From Bacteroidales bacterium (lineage in GTDB: Bacteria; Bacteroidota; Bacteroidia; Bacteroidales; VadinHA17): a DNA stretch of 64,000 nt. The position numbers and the translations under genes are program-made. Positions 1-9,590 of the stretch are shown piece after piece (within the stretch, counting starts at the first letter, position 1; each line of letters begins with the position of its first letter). The stretch spans positions 27,158 to 91,157 of the forward strand of contig DATGYZ010000004.1 of the NCBI GenBank assembly GCA_035297425.1, read 5' to 3'. The notes under the pieces were generated by a model. That model did not search any database. It saw only the letters and a list, made by a program, of their open reading frames with translations, and was not told the DNA's origin.

Positions 1-1061
1 GACATTAACTCATCTACCCTGTCTTTTTTAATTTCCTCAGGGATCTCATCTTTATAATTCCTGAATGAATGAGTGTCTTCTTCATGTGAGTAAGGAAAAA
101 CACCGAGTCTGTCGAACCTGAACTCCCTGACAAAATCAACAAGCTGCCTGTGATCATCTGCTGTCTCACCCGGATGGCCTGATATCAAAGTTGTCCGGAT
201 GGCAGCATTCGGTATCTTTTTTCTTATTTTATCAAGAAGCTTAATAGTTTCCTTACGATTATGAGATCTCCTCATTATGGAGAGCATGTTGTCTGTGATA
301 TGCTGTACAGGAATATCAATATAGTTGCATATCCGGGGATTCTCAGCAATTAAATCAATAAGTTCATCAGGAAAATTTGCAGGATACAGGTAATGCAGCC
401 TGATCCATTCCAAATCCTTAATATTTAATAGATTACGAACCAGCTCAGGTAATTTCTGCTTCCTGTACAGGTCAAGGCCATAATAACTAAGGTCCTGGGC
501 TATCAAAATAAGTTCTTTAACTCCGCTGTTTGATAATTTGAGAGCTTCATTCAGAAGCTCTTCGACGGGTCTTGAAATATATTTACCTCTGATCATTGGA
601 ATTGCACAGAATGAACATGTCCTGTCACAACCTTCAGATATTTTCAGGTAGGCATAATGATCAGGCCCGGTAAGCAGTCTGTCGGTCAGCAGGTCATCGC
701 GCAGACTCAACCCCATTTCACTGAGAATACCGGTAAAATTATTTACTCCGAAATATTGCTTCACTTCAGGTATTTCATCTTTCAGTTCATGCATGTACCT
801 TTCTGCAAGGCAACCCATTACATAAAGGTTTTCTATTGAACCCTGTTGTTTTGCTTTTACAAACCTCAGTATTGTATCGATGCTTTCTTCTTTGGCATCG
901 TTAATAAAGCCACAGGTATTTATAATAACAGTTCCAGCCGACAAATCATCAGAATTGTGAACAAGCTCAAAGCCTCCGGCACTTAACTGTCTTAAAAGCT
1001 TTTCCGAATCAACAACATTCTTTGAACAGCCTAATGTAACTATATTGACTTTATTATTCAT
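1..1061 (-). CDS. rimO: Ribosomal protein S12 methylthiotransferase RimO (radical SAM), C-terminus cut by window edge
   Basis: My own translation of the minus strand from the ATG at 1061 gives MNNKVNIVTLGCSKNVVDSEKLL...YLKISEGCDRTCSFCAIPMIRG. It shows an MTTase N-domain plus a CxxxCxxC radical-SAM motif. It is absent from the ORF track because it has no stop inside the window. Confidence 0.8.
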   Translation of the reverse strand, partial: MNNKVNIVTLGCSKNVVDSEKLLRQLSAGGFELVHNSDDLSAGTVIINTCGFINDAKEESIDTILRFVKAKQQGSIENLYVMGCLAERYMHELKDEIPEVKQYFGVNNFTGILSEMGLSLRDDLLTDRLLTGPDHYAYLKISEGCDRTCSFCAIPMIRGKYISRPVEELLNEALKLSNSGVKELILIAQDLSYYGLDLYRKQKLPELVRNLLNIKDLEWIRLHYLYPANFPDELIDLIAENPRICNYIDIPVQHITDNMLSIMRRSHNRKETIKLLDKIRKKIPNAAIRTTLISGHPGETADDHRQLVDFVREFRFDRLGVFPYSHEEDTHSFRNYKDEIPEEIKKDRVDELM

Positions 1062-1125
1062 TGGTTTCCTTAATGTTAACCCGGTTGGGAAACAGGTAGA
1101 ATTTTTCTGCGTTAAGCAGTTTTGA

Positions 1126-2079
1126 TTATGATTTAAAAAGGGAATCAACAAACTCAAACCTGTCAAAGACAAGAAGATCATCAAGTTTCTCTCCCACACC
1201 GATATATTTTACAGGTATTTTGAACTGGTCTGAAATTCCAATTACAACACCACCCTTTGCTGTTCCATCGAGTTTTGTTATTGCGATTGCCGTCACATCT
1301 GTTGCAGATGTGAACTGTTTAGCCTGTTCGAATGCATTCTGGCCAGTTGAACCGTCCAGCACAAGCAATACCTCATGAGGTGCATCGGGAATAACTTTTT
1401 CCATTACCCTCTTTATTTTCGACAGCTCATTCATAAGATTGATCTTGTTGTGCAACCTGCCGGCTGTGTCAATAAGCACTACATCAACATTGCCAGAAAC
1501 TGCTGAACGAAGAGTGTCGTATGCCACCGAGGCTGGATCTGAACCCATTTGTTGCTTAATAACCGGAACTCCTGCCCTGTCAGCCCATATCTGGAGCTGG
1601 TCAATTGCAGCAGCCCTGAAGGTATCCGCAGCCCCGATAAGCACATTTTTCCCGGCATTTTTAAACTGATTTGCGAGCTTGGCAATTGTTGTAGTTTTTC
1701 CTGCGCCGTTTACACCAACCACCATAATGACATATGGTTTTGATTTAAGAGGCGATGAGAAATCAGTTTGCTTTTCAGAATCGTTTTTTGCAAGCAAGGA
1801 GGTAATCTCTTCCCTGAGGATCGCATTAAGCTCATTGGTGCTCAGATATTTATCTTTAGCAACCCTGTCCTCGATCCTGCGTATTATATTGAGAGTTGTT
1901 TCAACGCCAACATCGGAAGATACGAGCACTTCCTCAAGATTATCGAGCACGTCTTCATCAACCTTGGATTTCCCTGCAATAGCTCTCGATAACTTTGAGA
2001 AAACGCTTTCCTTCGTTTTCTCAAGACCTTTGTCGAGGCTCTCCTTCTTTTCTTTTCCAAATATTCCAAACAAGGCCAT
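1126..2079 (-). CDS. ftsY: Signal recognition particle receptor FtsY
   Basis: 317 aa with an SRP54-type GTPase: GVNGAGKTTTIAKLA (G1), DTAGRL (G3), TKLDGTAKGG (G4). Confidence 0.93.
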   Translation of the reverse strand: MALFGIFGKEKKESLDKGLEKTKESVFSKLSRAIAGKSKVDEDVLDNLEEVLVSSDVGVETTLNIIRRIEDRVAKDKYLSTNELNAILREEITSLLAKNDSEKQTDFSSPLKSKPYVIMVVGVNGAGKTTTIAKLANQFKNAGKNVLIGAADTFRAAAIDQLQIWADRAGVPVIKQQMGSDPASVAYDTLRSAVSGNVDVVLIDTAGRLHNKINLMNELSKIKRVMEKVIPDAPHEVLLVLDGSTGQNAFEQAKQFTSATDVTAIAITKLDGTAKGGVVIGISDQFKIPVKYIGVGEKLDDLLVFDRFEFVDSLFKS

Positions 2080-2153
2080 ACTGATAATATTTTAATAAAA
2101 ATAGCTTCCTTCCGGCAAGAAGAAAGCTATTGTTATATTTTGTACCGGTCTGA

Positions 2154-2309
2154 TTACTTCTTTGAGAAGAAATCTTTAACATGATCGTTATGAACAATCT
2201 CTTCCTTGAAGGAATAGTGCCCCGACTTATCGGATTTGGTCATTTTAATGCATTTTGTAAATGCTTTCCCGGTTCCTGTCTTTAATGTTGCAACAACTTT
2301 CTTTGCCAT
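2154..2309 (-). CDS. DUF4295-family small protein (51 aa)
   Basis: Hand-translated as MAKKVVATLKTGTGKAFTKCIKMTKSDKSGHYSFKEEIVHNDHVKDFFSKK. It is below the 60-aa track cutoff. It sits directly downstream of rpmG, as is typical in Bacteroidota. Confidence 0.7.
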   Translation of the reverse strand: MAKKVVATLKTGTGKAFTKCIKMTKSDKSGHYSFKEEIVHNDHVKDFFSKK

Positions 2310-2321
2310 GGTTTATGCTAT

Positions 2322-2510
2322 TTACTTAATTTCTCTGTGAAGTGTGTGTTTTTTAAGGATAGGATTGTATTTCTTCCTTTCAAGACGGTCAGGAGAGTTC
2401 TTTCTGTTCTTTGTAGTAATATATCTTGACATTCCGGGAAGACCGCTTTCTTTCTGTTCGGTGCATTCCAGGATAACCTGCTGCCTGTTACCTTTAGCCT
2501 TCTTTGCCAT
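2322..2510 (-). CDS. rpmG: 50S ribosomal protein L33
   Basis: 62 aa, basic, [18 protein letters not shown]...YITTKNRKN...LERKKYNP. Confidence 0.9.
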   Translation of the reverse strand: MAKKAKGNRQQVILECTEQKESGLPGMSRYITTKNRKNSPDRLERKKYNPILKKHTLHREIK

Positions 2511-2522
2511 CGTTCAAATGTT

Positions 2523-2765
2523 TTAATAGTTCATTATATAGCCTTTTTCCTTAGCTTCTTTAAGCACGGAATTGAGGCCGTTTTTATTAATAAGACGGAT
2601 ACCTGCTGCCGATATTTTCAATGTTATCCATCTCTTTTCTTCCGGCAGGTAATATTTCTTTTCGAAAAGATTGGGTAAGAACTTCCTCTTAGTCCTTCTC
2701 TTTGAATGAGAAACATTGTTCCCGGTCATTGCTTTCTTACCTGTGACCTGACAAATCTTTGACAT
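2523..2765 (-). CDS. rpmB: 50S ribosomal protein L28
   Basis: 80 aa, [33 protein letters not shown]; adjacent to rpmG. Confidence 0.9.
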   Translation of the reverse strand: MSKICQVTGKKAMTGNNVSHSKRRTKRKFLPNLFEKKYYLPEEKRWITLKISAAGIRLINKNGLNSVLKEAKEKGYIMNY

Positions 2766-2862
2766 TGGTGCGTTTTATTGAATTTTACCTTTTTAAAATG
2801 AAGCGCAAAATACGTGATTTTTATCTTAGCAAACAAATATTAAGGCTTCTTTTTTAGTTGGA

Positions 2863-4116
2863 TCAGGATTTTTTTTCATGGGCAAGTAGCTCCCTGCGCA
2901 TTAGATTGAGTGCATTAAGTGAAAACCTCCTGATATTTGAAATCCTTTCAGTGCCTAATACCTTATGATCTGTAACTGTTCCGTGCATGGAAGCCACAGC
3001 AATCCATACAGTGCCGACAGGCTTTAGTTCTGAGCCACCATCAGGGCCTGCAATACCTGATGTAGCAATAGCGTAATCTGATCCGAAACGGCTTAATGCA
3101 CCTTCAGCCATTGCCCTAACTACATTCTCGCTGACAGCACCATATGATTCAATGTCTTCCTGAGGAACTCCAAGAAATTTAGTTTTTATCTCATTTGAAT
3201 AAGCTACAACCGATCCTTTATACCAGGCTGAGCTCCCGCTCACACCTGTTATCATTGATGCAATTTCCCCACCAGTGCAACTTTCAGCCGTTGAAAGTGT
3301 TTTGTGGTTCATTTTGAGCAATTTACCCACAGTGGCTTCAAGCGTTTCTTCATTCTCAGCATAGATATATTCCGGGATTATTGAATATAACTTTTCAACC
3401 TGGCTGCTGATTATTTCTTCAACTTCCCCGATGTCATTTCCGGTACATGTAAGCCTGAGCTTTATTACTCCCCATGATGGCAGGTATGCAAGTTTTACTT
3501 CGCCCGGAAGCTCTTTTTCAAAATCTGTCAGAATTTCCGATAGCTTCGCTTCGTAGGTACCAAATGTCATAATGTTGCGATGAAGGATAACCTGGGTTGT
3601 AAATCTTCTCTTAAGCTCAGGCAGGACATGCACAGACATGATATGCTTCATCTCAAAAGGGACGCCAGGCATTGAAACAAATATTGTATTATCCTTTTCA
3701 AACCACATCCCTGGCGCTGTGCCTGTTGCATTTTCGAGAACCCTGCATGATTCAGGCACTTCAGCCTGTCGCCTGTTATTATCATTTAAGGGAAAATTTC
3801 TCCGTGACATCATTGTTGTTATCATTTCAAGAACTTTGGAGTTCATAACAAGTCTTGTTCCGAAGAATTCACATAAAGTTTGTTTCGTTATATCGTCACT
3901 GGTTGGTCCCAGTCCGCCTGTAATCAGCACGACATCATTGATCCGTGCAGCTGCACCAAGCTCTGCAAGTATATCCTCCCTCCTGTCATGAATTGAAATA
4001 CTTCTTTGTACATCAAAGCCGGCCTGGCTTAATTCAGAGCCCATCCATGCTGAGTTTGTGTCTACTGTCTGGCCAATCAGTAGTTCATCACCTATTGTTA
4101 TTATTGATGCCTTCAT
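2863..4116 (-). CDS. cinA: CinA-family competence/damage-inducible protein (MoCF-binding domain plus PncC-like NMN deamidase domain)
   Basis: 417 aa; N-terminus IITIGDELLIGQTVDTNS, LITGGLGPTSDDITK; C-terminal TAESCTGG and ATSGIAGP motifs. Confidence 0.88.
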   Translation of the reverse strand: MKASIITIGDELLIGQTVDTNSAWMGSELSQAGFDVQRSISIHDRREDILAELGAAARINDVVLITGGLGPTSDDITKQTLCEFFGTRLVMNSKVLEMITTMMSRRNFPLNDNNRRQAEVPESCRVLENATGTAPGMWFEKDNTIFVSMPGVPFEMKHIMSVHVLPELKRRFTTQVILHRNIMTFGTYEAKLSEILTDFEKELPGEVKLAYLPSWGVIKLRLTCTGNDIGEVEEIISSQVEKLYSIIPEYIYAENEETLEATVGKLLKMNHKTLSTAESCTGGEIASMITGVSGSSAWYKGSVVAYSNEIKTKFLGVPQEDIESYGAVSENVVRAMAEGALSRFGSDYAIATSGIAGPDGGSELKPVGTVWIAVASMHGTVTDHKVLGTERISNIRRFSLNALNLMRRELLAHEKKS

Positions 4117-4192
4117 GAAAATAATGATTCACAAAATTAATTAAAAGTCAGATAGCTTAAGGAATGATGCGGATGGATACTTTTTATTTCCT

Positions 4193-4837
4193 TTGAAGTC
4201 AGAAAAGATTGCATCCATAAATCATGGAATTATGATTGAAGAAGATATTTTGCGGCAGGCTGAAACATATGCAATGGATACTATGCGGAACTATGACAGT
4301 TCGCACGACTGGCAGCATGTATTGAGAGTAAGAAGATATGCCAGGTATATTAACGCAATTGAACAAACTGCTAATCCTTTTCTGCTTGATCTGGTTGCAA
4401 TATTGCATGATACAGCTGACAAAAAATTTCATAAAGCAGATGATGCTTATGTTTATCTGGCTGATTTCTTAATCCGCCTGGGATTGCATTCTGAATCAGA
4501 AAAAATAATTTTTATTATCAGGAATGTTTCATTTAGTTCTTCAGGTAATGAAAGATGCAATTATCCGGAACTTAAAATCTTACAGGATGCAGACAGGCTT
4601 GACGCAATTGGCGCAATTGGAGTTGCAAGGGCATTTTCCTACGGAGGATTCAGGAATAACAGCATTCATGATCCCTTAAGTCCCGGAAGGGAAACGACTA
4701 TTAAACATTTTTATGACAAGCTGTTGAAAATCAGGGATCTGATGAATACCAAAACTGGCCGGCAACTTGCGGAGGAACGACATAATTTCATTCAATTGTT
4801 CCTCAATCAATTTCTTGATGAATGGAATTTAGGGTAA
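4193..4837 (+). CDS. HD-domain phosphohydrolase (YedJ-like)
   Basis: HDWQHVLRV...ILHDTAD...DADRLDAIGAIG motifs. The track start at 4193 is TTG; an ATG at 4232 (MIEEDIL) is an equally plausible start. Confidence 0.75.
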   Translation: MKSEKIASINHGIMIEEDILRQAETYAMDTMRNYDSSHDWQHVLRVRRYARYINAIEQTANPFLLDLVAILHDTADKKFHKADDAYVYLADFLIRLGLHSESEKIIFIIRNVSFSSSGNERCNYPELKILQDADRLDAIGAIGVARAFSYGGFRNNSIHDPLSPGRETTIKHFYDKLLKIRDLMNTKTGRQLAEERHNFIQLFLNQFLDEWNLG

Positions 4838-4910
4838 TATGTATTGGTAGATTTTAAACATTAGTTTTATTAACGAGATTAAAAAAAATAAAATAAATTT
4901 GCACAACAAT

Positions 4911-4982
4911 GCGGGAGTAGCTCAGGGGTAGAGCATTTGCTTCCCAAGCAAAGGGTCGTGGGTTCGATTCCCATTTCCCGCT
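4911..4982 (+). tRNA. tRNA-Gly (anticodon CCC)
   Basis: Hand-folded cloverleaf: acceptor GCGGGAG/TTCCCGC, D arm GCTC-AGGGGTA-GAGC, anticodon stem TTTGC/GCAAA with loop TTCCCAA, T arm GTGGG-TTCGATT-CCCAT. Confidence 0.9.
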
Positions 4983-4991
4983 CAATGATAA

Positions 4992-5034
4992 AACCCTTTC
5001 TCATCGATTTTTATGGGAAAGGGTTTTTGATTTT
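4992..5034 (+). terminator. Rho-independent terminator after tRNA-Gly
   Basis: AACCCTTTC ... GAAAGGGTT forms a 9-bp stem followed by a TTTGATTTT tract. Confidence 0.7.
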
Positions 5035-5071
5035 ATAGTGTGATTGTAATAAGCAGCCTTTTTCCTGAAAA

Positions 5072-5107
5072 GAAAAACCCCGGAAATAATCCGGGGCAAA
5101 AAAAAAC
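5072..5107 (-). terminator. Bidirectional-looking terminator downstream of the 5129-5338 gene
   Basis: CCCCGGA-aataa-TCCGGGG stem flanked by A5 on one side and A9 on the other, which read as T-tracts on both strands. Confidence 0.65.
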
Positions 5108-5128
5108 TGAAAACCCTACCTAACAAGA

Positions 5129-5338
5129 TCATTTATCATAATATCTTCCAAAGATCAGAACAAAAAGGCCAAGAATGAGAACAAATGCTGCCGCTGTAAG
5201 TCCATCTGTAATATTGCCGCTCAGTGATATTGCAATATAACCGATGCCCAGGGCACCAATAAGTGTGATTATAATTATAATCCTTAGAGCCAGGTTGGTG
5301 GCTTCCTTTGAATTTTTTACCGGCTCTGTATTCAGCAT
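5129..5338 (-). CDS. Small two-TM membrane protein, unknown function
   Basis: ORF track 5129..5362. The internal start MLNTEPVKNSKE is preferred. There are two hydrophobic helices (IIIIITLIGALGIGYIAISL, AAAFVLILGLFVLIF). Confidence 0.45.
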   Translation of the reverse strand: MLNTEPVKNSKEATNLALRIIIIITLIGALGIGYIAISLSGNITDGLTAAAFVLILGLFVLIFGRYYDK

Positions 5339-5530
5339 AAACAAATTAATTTTATAGAACAAAGAAATAGCAGAACTGAAACAACAGCATTAAATCTAAA
5401 TTAAATACAGATTAAGATTCCCAACATACAGTAAGTCAGTTTTCTAAAAGCAGTAATCGATTAGTTTTCTGAAGGGTTTTTTTCCACGAACAAACATTTA
5501 ATAAGTGATGTTAGCCAGTAAACATTTGCC

Positions 5531-5980
5531 ATGAATTATCAACATGTACTAACATCATTAATGCAGGCAGAAACAATGGTGCGGGAAGCATTCATTAAAA
5601 CAGCAGAATATCATAAAACCGAAGTTGGGATCTATTATGATTGTCAGTTTATGTCATCTGTTTCTGAAGAAAACATAGCAATAATTAAAAATCTATTATC
5701 CATTCATAGTGTAGAATATGACCCGGGTAGCGCTGATCTTTCACTATTAACTGATCAGTTTTATCCGGGAAGCAATTTAGCAGACGATCTTACATATATT
5801 ATGAAGCTCAAGCTTGAAACAGAAGAAGGTTCAAGGTCATTGCTGAATTCATCTTCGGAAGAGGACAAAGCAAAAGGTGAAATCCTGCGCCGGAACTCAC
5901 AAAAACAAATTAGCTGGCTTTCAGAATATCTTGAGGAGTCGCTTAGTTCCGGAAAAAGAACTGGAAATCTGTTATTGTGA
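5531..5980 (+). CDS. Hypothetical protein (149 aa), no recognisable motif
   Basis: Clean ORF 27 nt upstream of nhaA on the same strand. I recognised no family. Confidence 0.45.
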   Translation: MNYQHVLTSLMQAETMVREAFIKTAEYHKTEVGIYYDCQFMSSVSEENIAIIKNLLSIHSVEYDPGSADLSLLTDQFYPGSNLADDLTYIMKLKLETEEGSRSLLNSSSEEDKAKGEILRRNSQKQISWLSEYLEESLSSGKRTGNLLL

Positions 5981-6006
5981 GTAAATTTGAGTTACTATTA
6001 TAAATT

Positions 6007-7164
6007 ATGATATTGAGCCGCTTATTTAAAGAATTCCTTGATAGTGAAAAGGCAGGTGGTTTCATATTGATTTCTGTTACTATAGTTTCCCTGATTTTGT
6101 CAAATACATCTTTTCAATCTCATTATATCGGATTATGGCAGATTGAAATTGTGGATCATTCCCTCATTCATTGGATAAATGATGGTCTGATGACTGTTTT
6201 CTTCCTTCTTATTGGACTTGAGCTTGAAAGGGAGATCTATGCAGGTGAATTATCCAGCATCAGGAAAGCTTCATTACCTTTTTTTGCTGCTCTTGGAGGA
6301 ATGGTTTTTCCTGCAGGAATATTTCTTTTATTCAATTATGGAACTTCTTTTCAGGGTGGCGCCGGAATACCAACCGCAACAGATATTGCATTTGCCATTG
6401 GTATACTTTCACTTGCAGGCAAAAATGTACCCGTATCAATCAAGATATTTTTAACGGCACTTGCTGTAATAGATGACCTTGGTGCAATAATAATCATATC
6501 ACTTTTTTACTCAGATTCCCTGGTAATTATTAATCTCCTTCTTTCCCTTGGCATTTTTGGAGTTCTTATCCTACTCAATAAATCAGGGATAAACAATCTG
6601 GTACCCTATATTGCAGGCGGTCTTGCAATGTGGTTTTTCATGGAAAAATCAGGCATTCATGCAACTATTTCAGGGGTTTTACTTGCATTTGCGATTCCGT
6701 TCCGGAACGATGGAGAGAATTCACCTTCATTCAGGCTGCAACACTGGCTGCATGTTCCTGTGGCCTTTATCATATTACCTTTATTTGCTCTTGCAAATAC
6801 AGCCATCCCTCTGACAGGAACAGGAGGTTTGTTTGATCAGCCTGCAACCGGAATAATGGCCGGACTTCTTATTGGTAAACCTGCAGGCATATTGTTATTT
6901 TCCATGCTTGCAGTTTATATAGGGTTATCAGAGCTTTACAGCGGACTTAAATGGAAAATGATTCTCGGTGCAGGTTTTTTGGGAGGAATTGGTTTTACAA
7001 TGTCAATCTTTATTACTCTTCTCGCCTTCGACTCTCCTGAGATAATAAATGTTTCAAAATTGGCAGTGCTTATTGCCTCAACTGTTGCAGGCTTAATCGG
7101 ACTAATTATTTTGAAGATGATGTTCACGAAAAATATTGCTGAACCTGAAAATGGAGATACATAA
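6007..7164 (+). CDS. nhaA: Na+/H+ antiporter NhaA
   Basis: 385 aa polytopic protein; WINDGLMTVFFLLIGLELEREI and ALAVIDDLGAIIIISLFY are classic NhaA motifs. Confidence 0.9.
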   Translation: MILSRLFKEFLDSEKAGGFILISVTIVSLILSNTSFQSHYIGLWQIEIVDHSLIHWINDGLMTVFFLLIGLELEREIYAGELSSIRKASLPFFAALGGMVFPAGIFLLFNYGTSFQGGAGIPTATDIAFAIGILSLAGKNVPVSIKIFLTALAVIDDLGAIIIISLFYSDSLVIINLLLSLGIFGVLILLNKSGINNLVPYIAGGLAMWFFMEKSGIHATISGVLLAFAIPFRNDGENSPSFRLQHWLHVPVAFIILPLFALANTAIPLTGTGGLFDQPATGIMAGLLIGKPAGILLFSMLAVYIGLSELYSGLKWKMILGAGFLGGIGFTMSIFITLLAFDSPEIINVSKLAVLIASTVAGLIGLIILKMMFTKNIAEPENGDT

Positions 7165-7213
7165 TGCATATACCCTTCAAAGTTTAATCAGCCATTATTG
7201 ATTCTCTGGTTTT

Positions 7214-7320
7214 AAGCCGAATGCTGCATGCTCTTGGACTGTCGCTCCTAACCTCGTGACTGACCCTGCTTGGGGGTGGCTATCAAATACATGGCCAGCA
7301 TTCGCTGGCTTTGTTCATTT
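7214..7320 (+). ncRNA. Candidate structured RNA or complex terminator of unknown family
   Basis: AAGCCGAATGCTG (7214-7226) pairs with CAGCATTC-gct-GGCTT (7296-7311), giving 8+5 bp that enclose ~69 nt of locally GC-richer sequence. A TTGTTCATTTTTATTT tract follows. There is no ORF in the 236-nt gap. Confidence 0.3.
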
Positions 7321-7400
7321 TTATTTCATCCCTTCGTTATGCTGACGCAAACTCAGGCATTCATAAAAATAAACAAGCTGCTTGCGCAGCCTTTTATTTG

Positions 7401-7473
7401 AGCCTTCTGTGGGACTCGAACCCACGACCTGCTCATTACGAATGAGCTGCTCTACCAACTGAGCTAAGGAGGC
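7401..7473 (-). tRNA. tRNA-Thr (anticodon CGT)
   Basis: The reverse complement is GCCTCCTTAGCTCAGTTGGTAGAGCAGCTCATTCGTAATGAGCAGGTCGTGGGTTCGAGTCCCACAGAAGGCT. It has anticodon loop TTCGTAA and a canonical T loop. Confidence 0.9.
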
Positions 7474-7494
7474 ATTGACGGCAAAGATATAAAA

Positions 7495-8721
7495 TCATTC
7501 CAACTTCTCCAGCCTGTCTAGTAATGGAGGATGTGAATAGTGAAAAAATACGTATACCGGATGAGGCATCAGGTTAGATAGATTTTTGACCGACAGCTTT
7601 TTTAATGCTGCAGCAAGCCTGGCAGGTTTATAATTTTCAAAAACAAAATGATCAGCAGCAAACTCATTCTTTCTGGAAATGTAATTTGTAAGAAGTCCTA
7701 TAACGAGGGAGACAGGACTATACAGGATGCCAAAAACAATCAGCCCCAGGTGGAAGCTGGGAATTTCAGACCCAAGTGCTGATGCAAATAAAGGATTATC
7801 GACAACAAGCGAGAAAAGGAACAGCATTAATCCTGTAAGCAGCACTGAGAGTACCATCGATACAAATACATGCTTCTTCCTGTAATGACCAATCTCATGA
7901 GCCAGAACAGCGGTTATCTCCTCTTCAGAGAATTCCTTCATAAGGGTATCGTATAGGACAATTCTTTTTTTCGGTCCAAACCCTGAAAAATATGCATTTG
8001 CCTTTGTGCTTCTCTTTGATCCGTCTATTACATAAATATCTTTCAGGTTAAAGCCTGTTTTTGCTGCAAAATCCTGAATTGAATCTCTGAGAGTACCGGA
8101 ACTCAGTGGAATCTGTTTATTGAATAGAGGCACTATAAGCTCAGAGTAGAAGAAATTCATGAAGACAGAGAAAATTGTTACAACTCCCCACGCATACAGC
8201 CAGAAGTGAGGGCCTGTTTTATAGTAAAACCATGTTATCAGACCCAGCACAGGTGCTCCCACGAGCAATGCCAGAAACCATGACTTAATATGGTCAGTTA
8301 TAAATGTCCTGGTATTCATGGTGTTAAAACCGTATTTCCTTTCTATAACGAAAGTGTCATACCAGCTGAATGGTATGTTTATCAGGTCTGAAGCAAGACC
8401 GATAATTCCAAAGAAGATAAGTGAAACAATAATAATATTGCTGCTGACTGACCTTGCCACATTATCTGCATAAGAAAAACCGCCAAGCATTATCATCATT
8501 AAGATAATGATAAGATTAAATGTTGAAGACCAGAACTCAAGGCGGCTGTTATCTTTATAATAAAGCTGGCTCTTACGGTATTTTTCTTCATCGCAGATGC
8601 CGCTTAGCCGTAGTGGAAGCTTGTCAGACCACATACTGTTATTCAGGTGGTTAAGGTACCTTTCAGCTAAATAACCGGCAACAGGAATAAGAAGTATAAG
8701 ATAAAAGAAAGGATTGCCCAT
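7495..8721 (-). CDS. M48-family zinc metalloprotease (Ste24/CAAX-protease-like)
   Basis: 408 aa; multi-TM N-terminal half, then the HEIGHYRKKH zinc motif and a downstream EFAADHF. Confidence 0.85.
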   Translation of the reverse strand: MGNPFFYLILLIPVAGYLAERYLNHLNNSMWSDKLPLRLSGICDEEKYRKSQLYYKDNSRLEFWSSTFNLIIILMMIMLGGFSYADNVARSVSSNIIIVSLIFFGIIGLASDLINIPFSWYDTFVIERKYGFNTMNTRTFITDHIKSWFLALLVGAPVLGLITWFYYKTGPHFWLYAWGVVTIFSVFMNFFYSELIVPLFNKQIPLSSGTLRDSIQDFAAKTGFNLKDIYVIDGSKRSTKANAYFSGFGPKKRIVLYDTLMKEFSEEEITAVLAHEIGHYRKKHVFVSMVLSVLLTGLMLFLFSLVVDNPLFASALGSEIPSFHLGLIVFGILYSPVSLVIGLLTNYISRKNEFAADHFVFENYKPARLAAALKKLSVKNLSNLMPHPVYVFFHYSHPPLLDRLEKLE

Positions 8722-8727
8722 AGAACT

Positions 8728-8818
8728 AAAAAAAAAGAAGCAGGGTCCCTGTTTAAAATAAGTGTGGAATAAATATGTCTCGCTGCATTTCCTCGTGCTA
8801 AAAGGATAGGGACCCTGC
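8728..8818 (-). terminator. Large-loop hairpin plus U-tract downstream of fabG
   Basis: A perfect 11-bp inverted repeat, GCAGGGTCCCT (8740-8750) and AGGGACCCTGC (8808-8818), is separated by 57 nt. On the minus strand it is followed by TTCTTTTTTTTT. Confidence 0.5.
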
Positions 8819-8843
8819 GAATTCCAAATATAGTAAAATTTAT

Positions 8844-9590
8844 TTACGTTAGCATACCTCCGCAGACATGAATTGTCTGGCCGGATACATATGACGAAAG
8901 ATCAGATGCAAGATAAAGTGCTGTATTAGCCACATCTTCGGGTGTTCCTCCTCTTTTAAGGGGAATTTTTTCAGCCCATTCTTTTTTAACTTCCTCCGGA
9001 AGTTTCTCAGTCATTTCTGTGATAATAAAACCAGGGGCAATGGCATTGCACCTGATACCGCGTGAGCCAACCTCTTTCGCAACACTTTTTGTGAAGCCAA
9101 GAATACCTGCTTTTGATGCTGAGTAGTTGCTTTGGCCTGCATTGCCTGAAACACCCACAACAGAGCTCATATTGATTATTGACCCTGACCTCTGCTTGAG
9201 CATCTGGTTAAGAAGAGCCTTTGTGAGGTTGAATACAGATTTGAGGTTCACCGCGAGAACGGCATCCCACTGTTCTTCAGTCATACGCATCAGAAGAGTA
9301 TCTTTTGTAATTCCGGCATTATTGACAAGAATATCAACTCTTGAAAAATCTTTTACAACCTCATCTGCCAGTTTCTGTGCATCGGTGAAGCTTGCAGCAT
9401 TTGAGACATACCCCTTTGCTTTTACTCCAAGCCCGCTGATTTCACTAATAGTATCTTTAAACTCCTGGTCGTCAGCAATATTGGTTATTGCAATATCAGC
9501 CCCTTCACGGGCAAACCTCAGAGCAATGGCCTTACCTATGCCTCTTGAAGCTCCGGTAATAAGTGCCGTCTTTCCGCTTAATAGTCCCAT
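8844..9590 (-). CDS. fabG: 3-oxoacyl-[ACP] reductase FabG
   Basis: 248 aa classical SDR: TGASRGIGKAIA, NNAG, S...YSASKAG. Confidence 0.88.
   Translation of the reverse strand: MGLLSGKTALITGASRGIGKAIALRFAREGADIAITNIADDQEFKDTISEISGLGVKAKGYVSNAASFTDAQKLADEVVKDFSRVDILVNNAGITKDTLLMRMTEEQWDAVLAVNLKSVFNLTKALLNQMLKQRSGSIINMSSVVGVSGNAGQSNYSASKAGILGFTKSVAKEVGSRGIRCNAIAPGFIITEMTEKLPEEVKKEWAEKIPLKRGGTPEDVANTALYLASDLSSYVSGQTIHVCGGMLT

Noticed and set aside
7214-7320. Possible SRP (4.5S/ffs) RNA on the minus strand, because AGGGTCAG...GACAGTCCAAG loosely resembles the domain IV strands.
   Set aside because: There is no GNRA (GGAA) tetraloop and no conserved AGCA/GGAA loop arrangement, and the apical region does not fold like helix 8. 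I keep it only as an unassigned structure.
4983-7400. Segment bounded by two convergent tRNA genes as an integrated island.
   Set aside because: There is no integrase or recombinase, no direct repeat of either tRNA 3' end, and the content (nhaA plus two small ORFs) is unremarkable.
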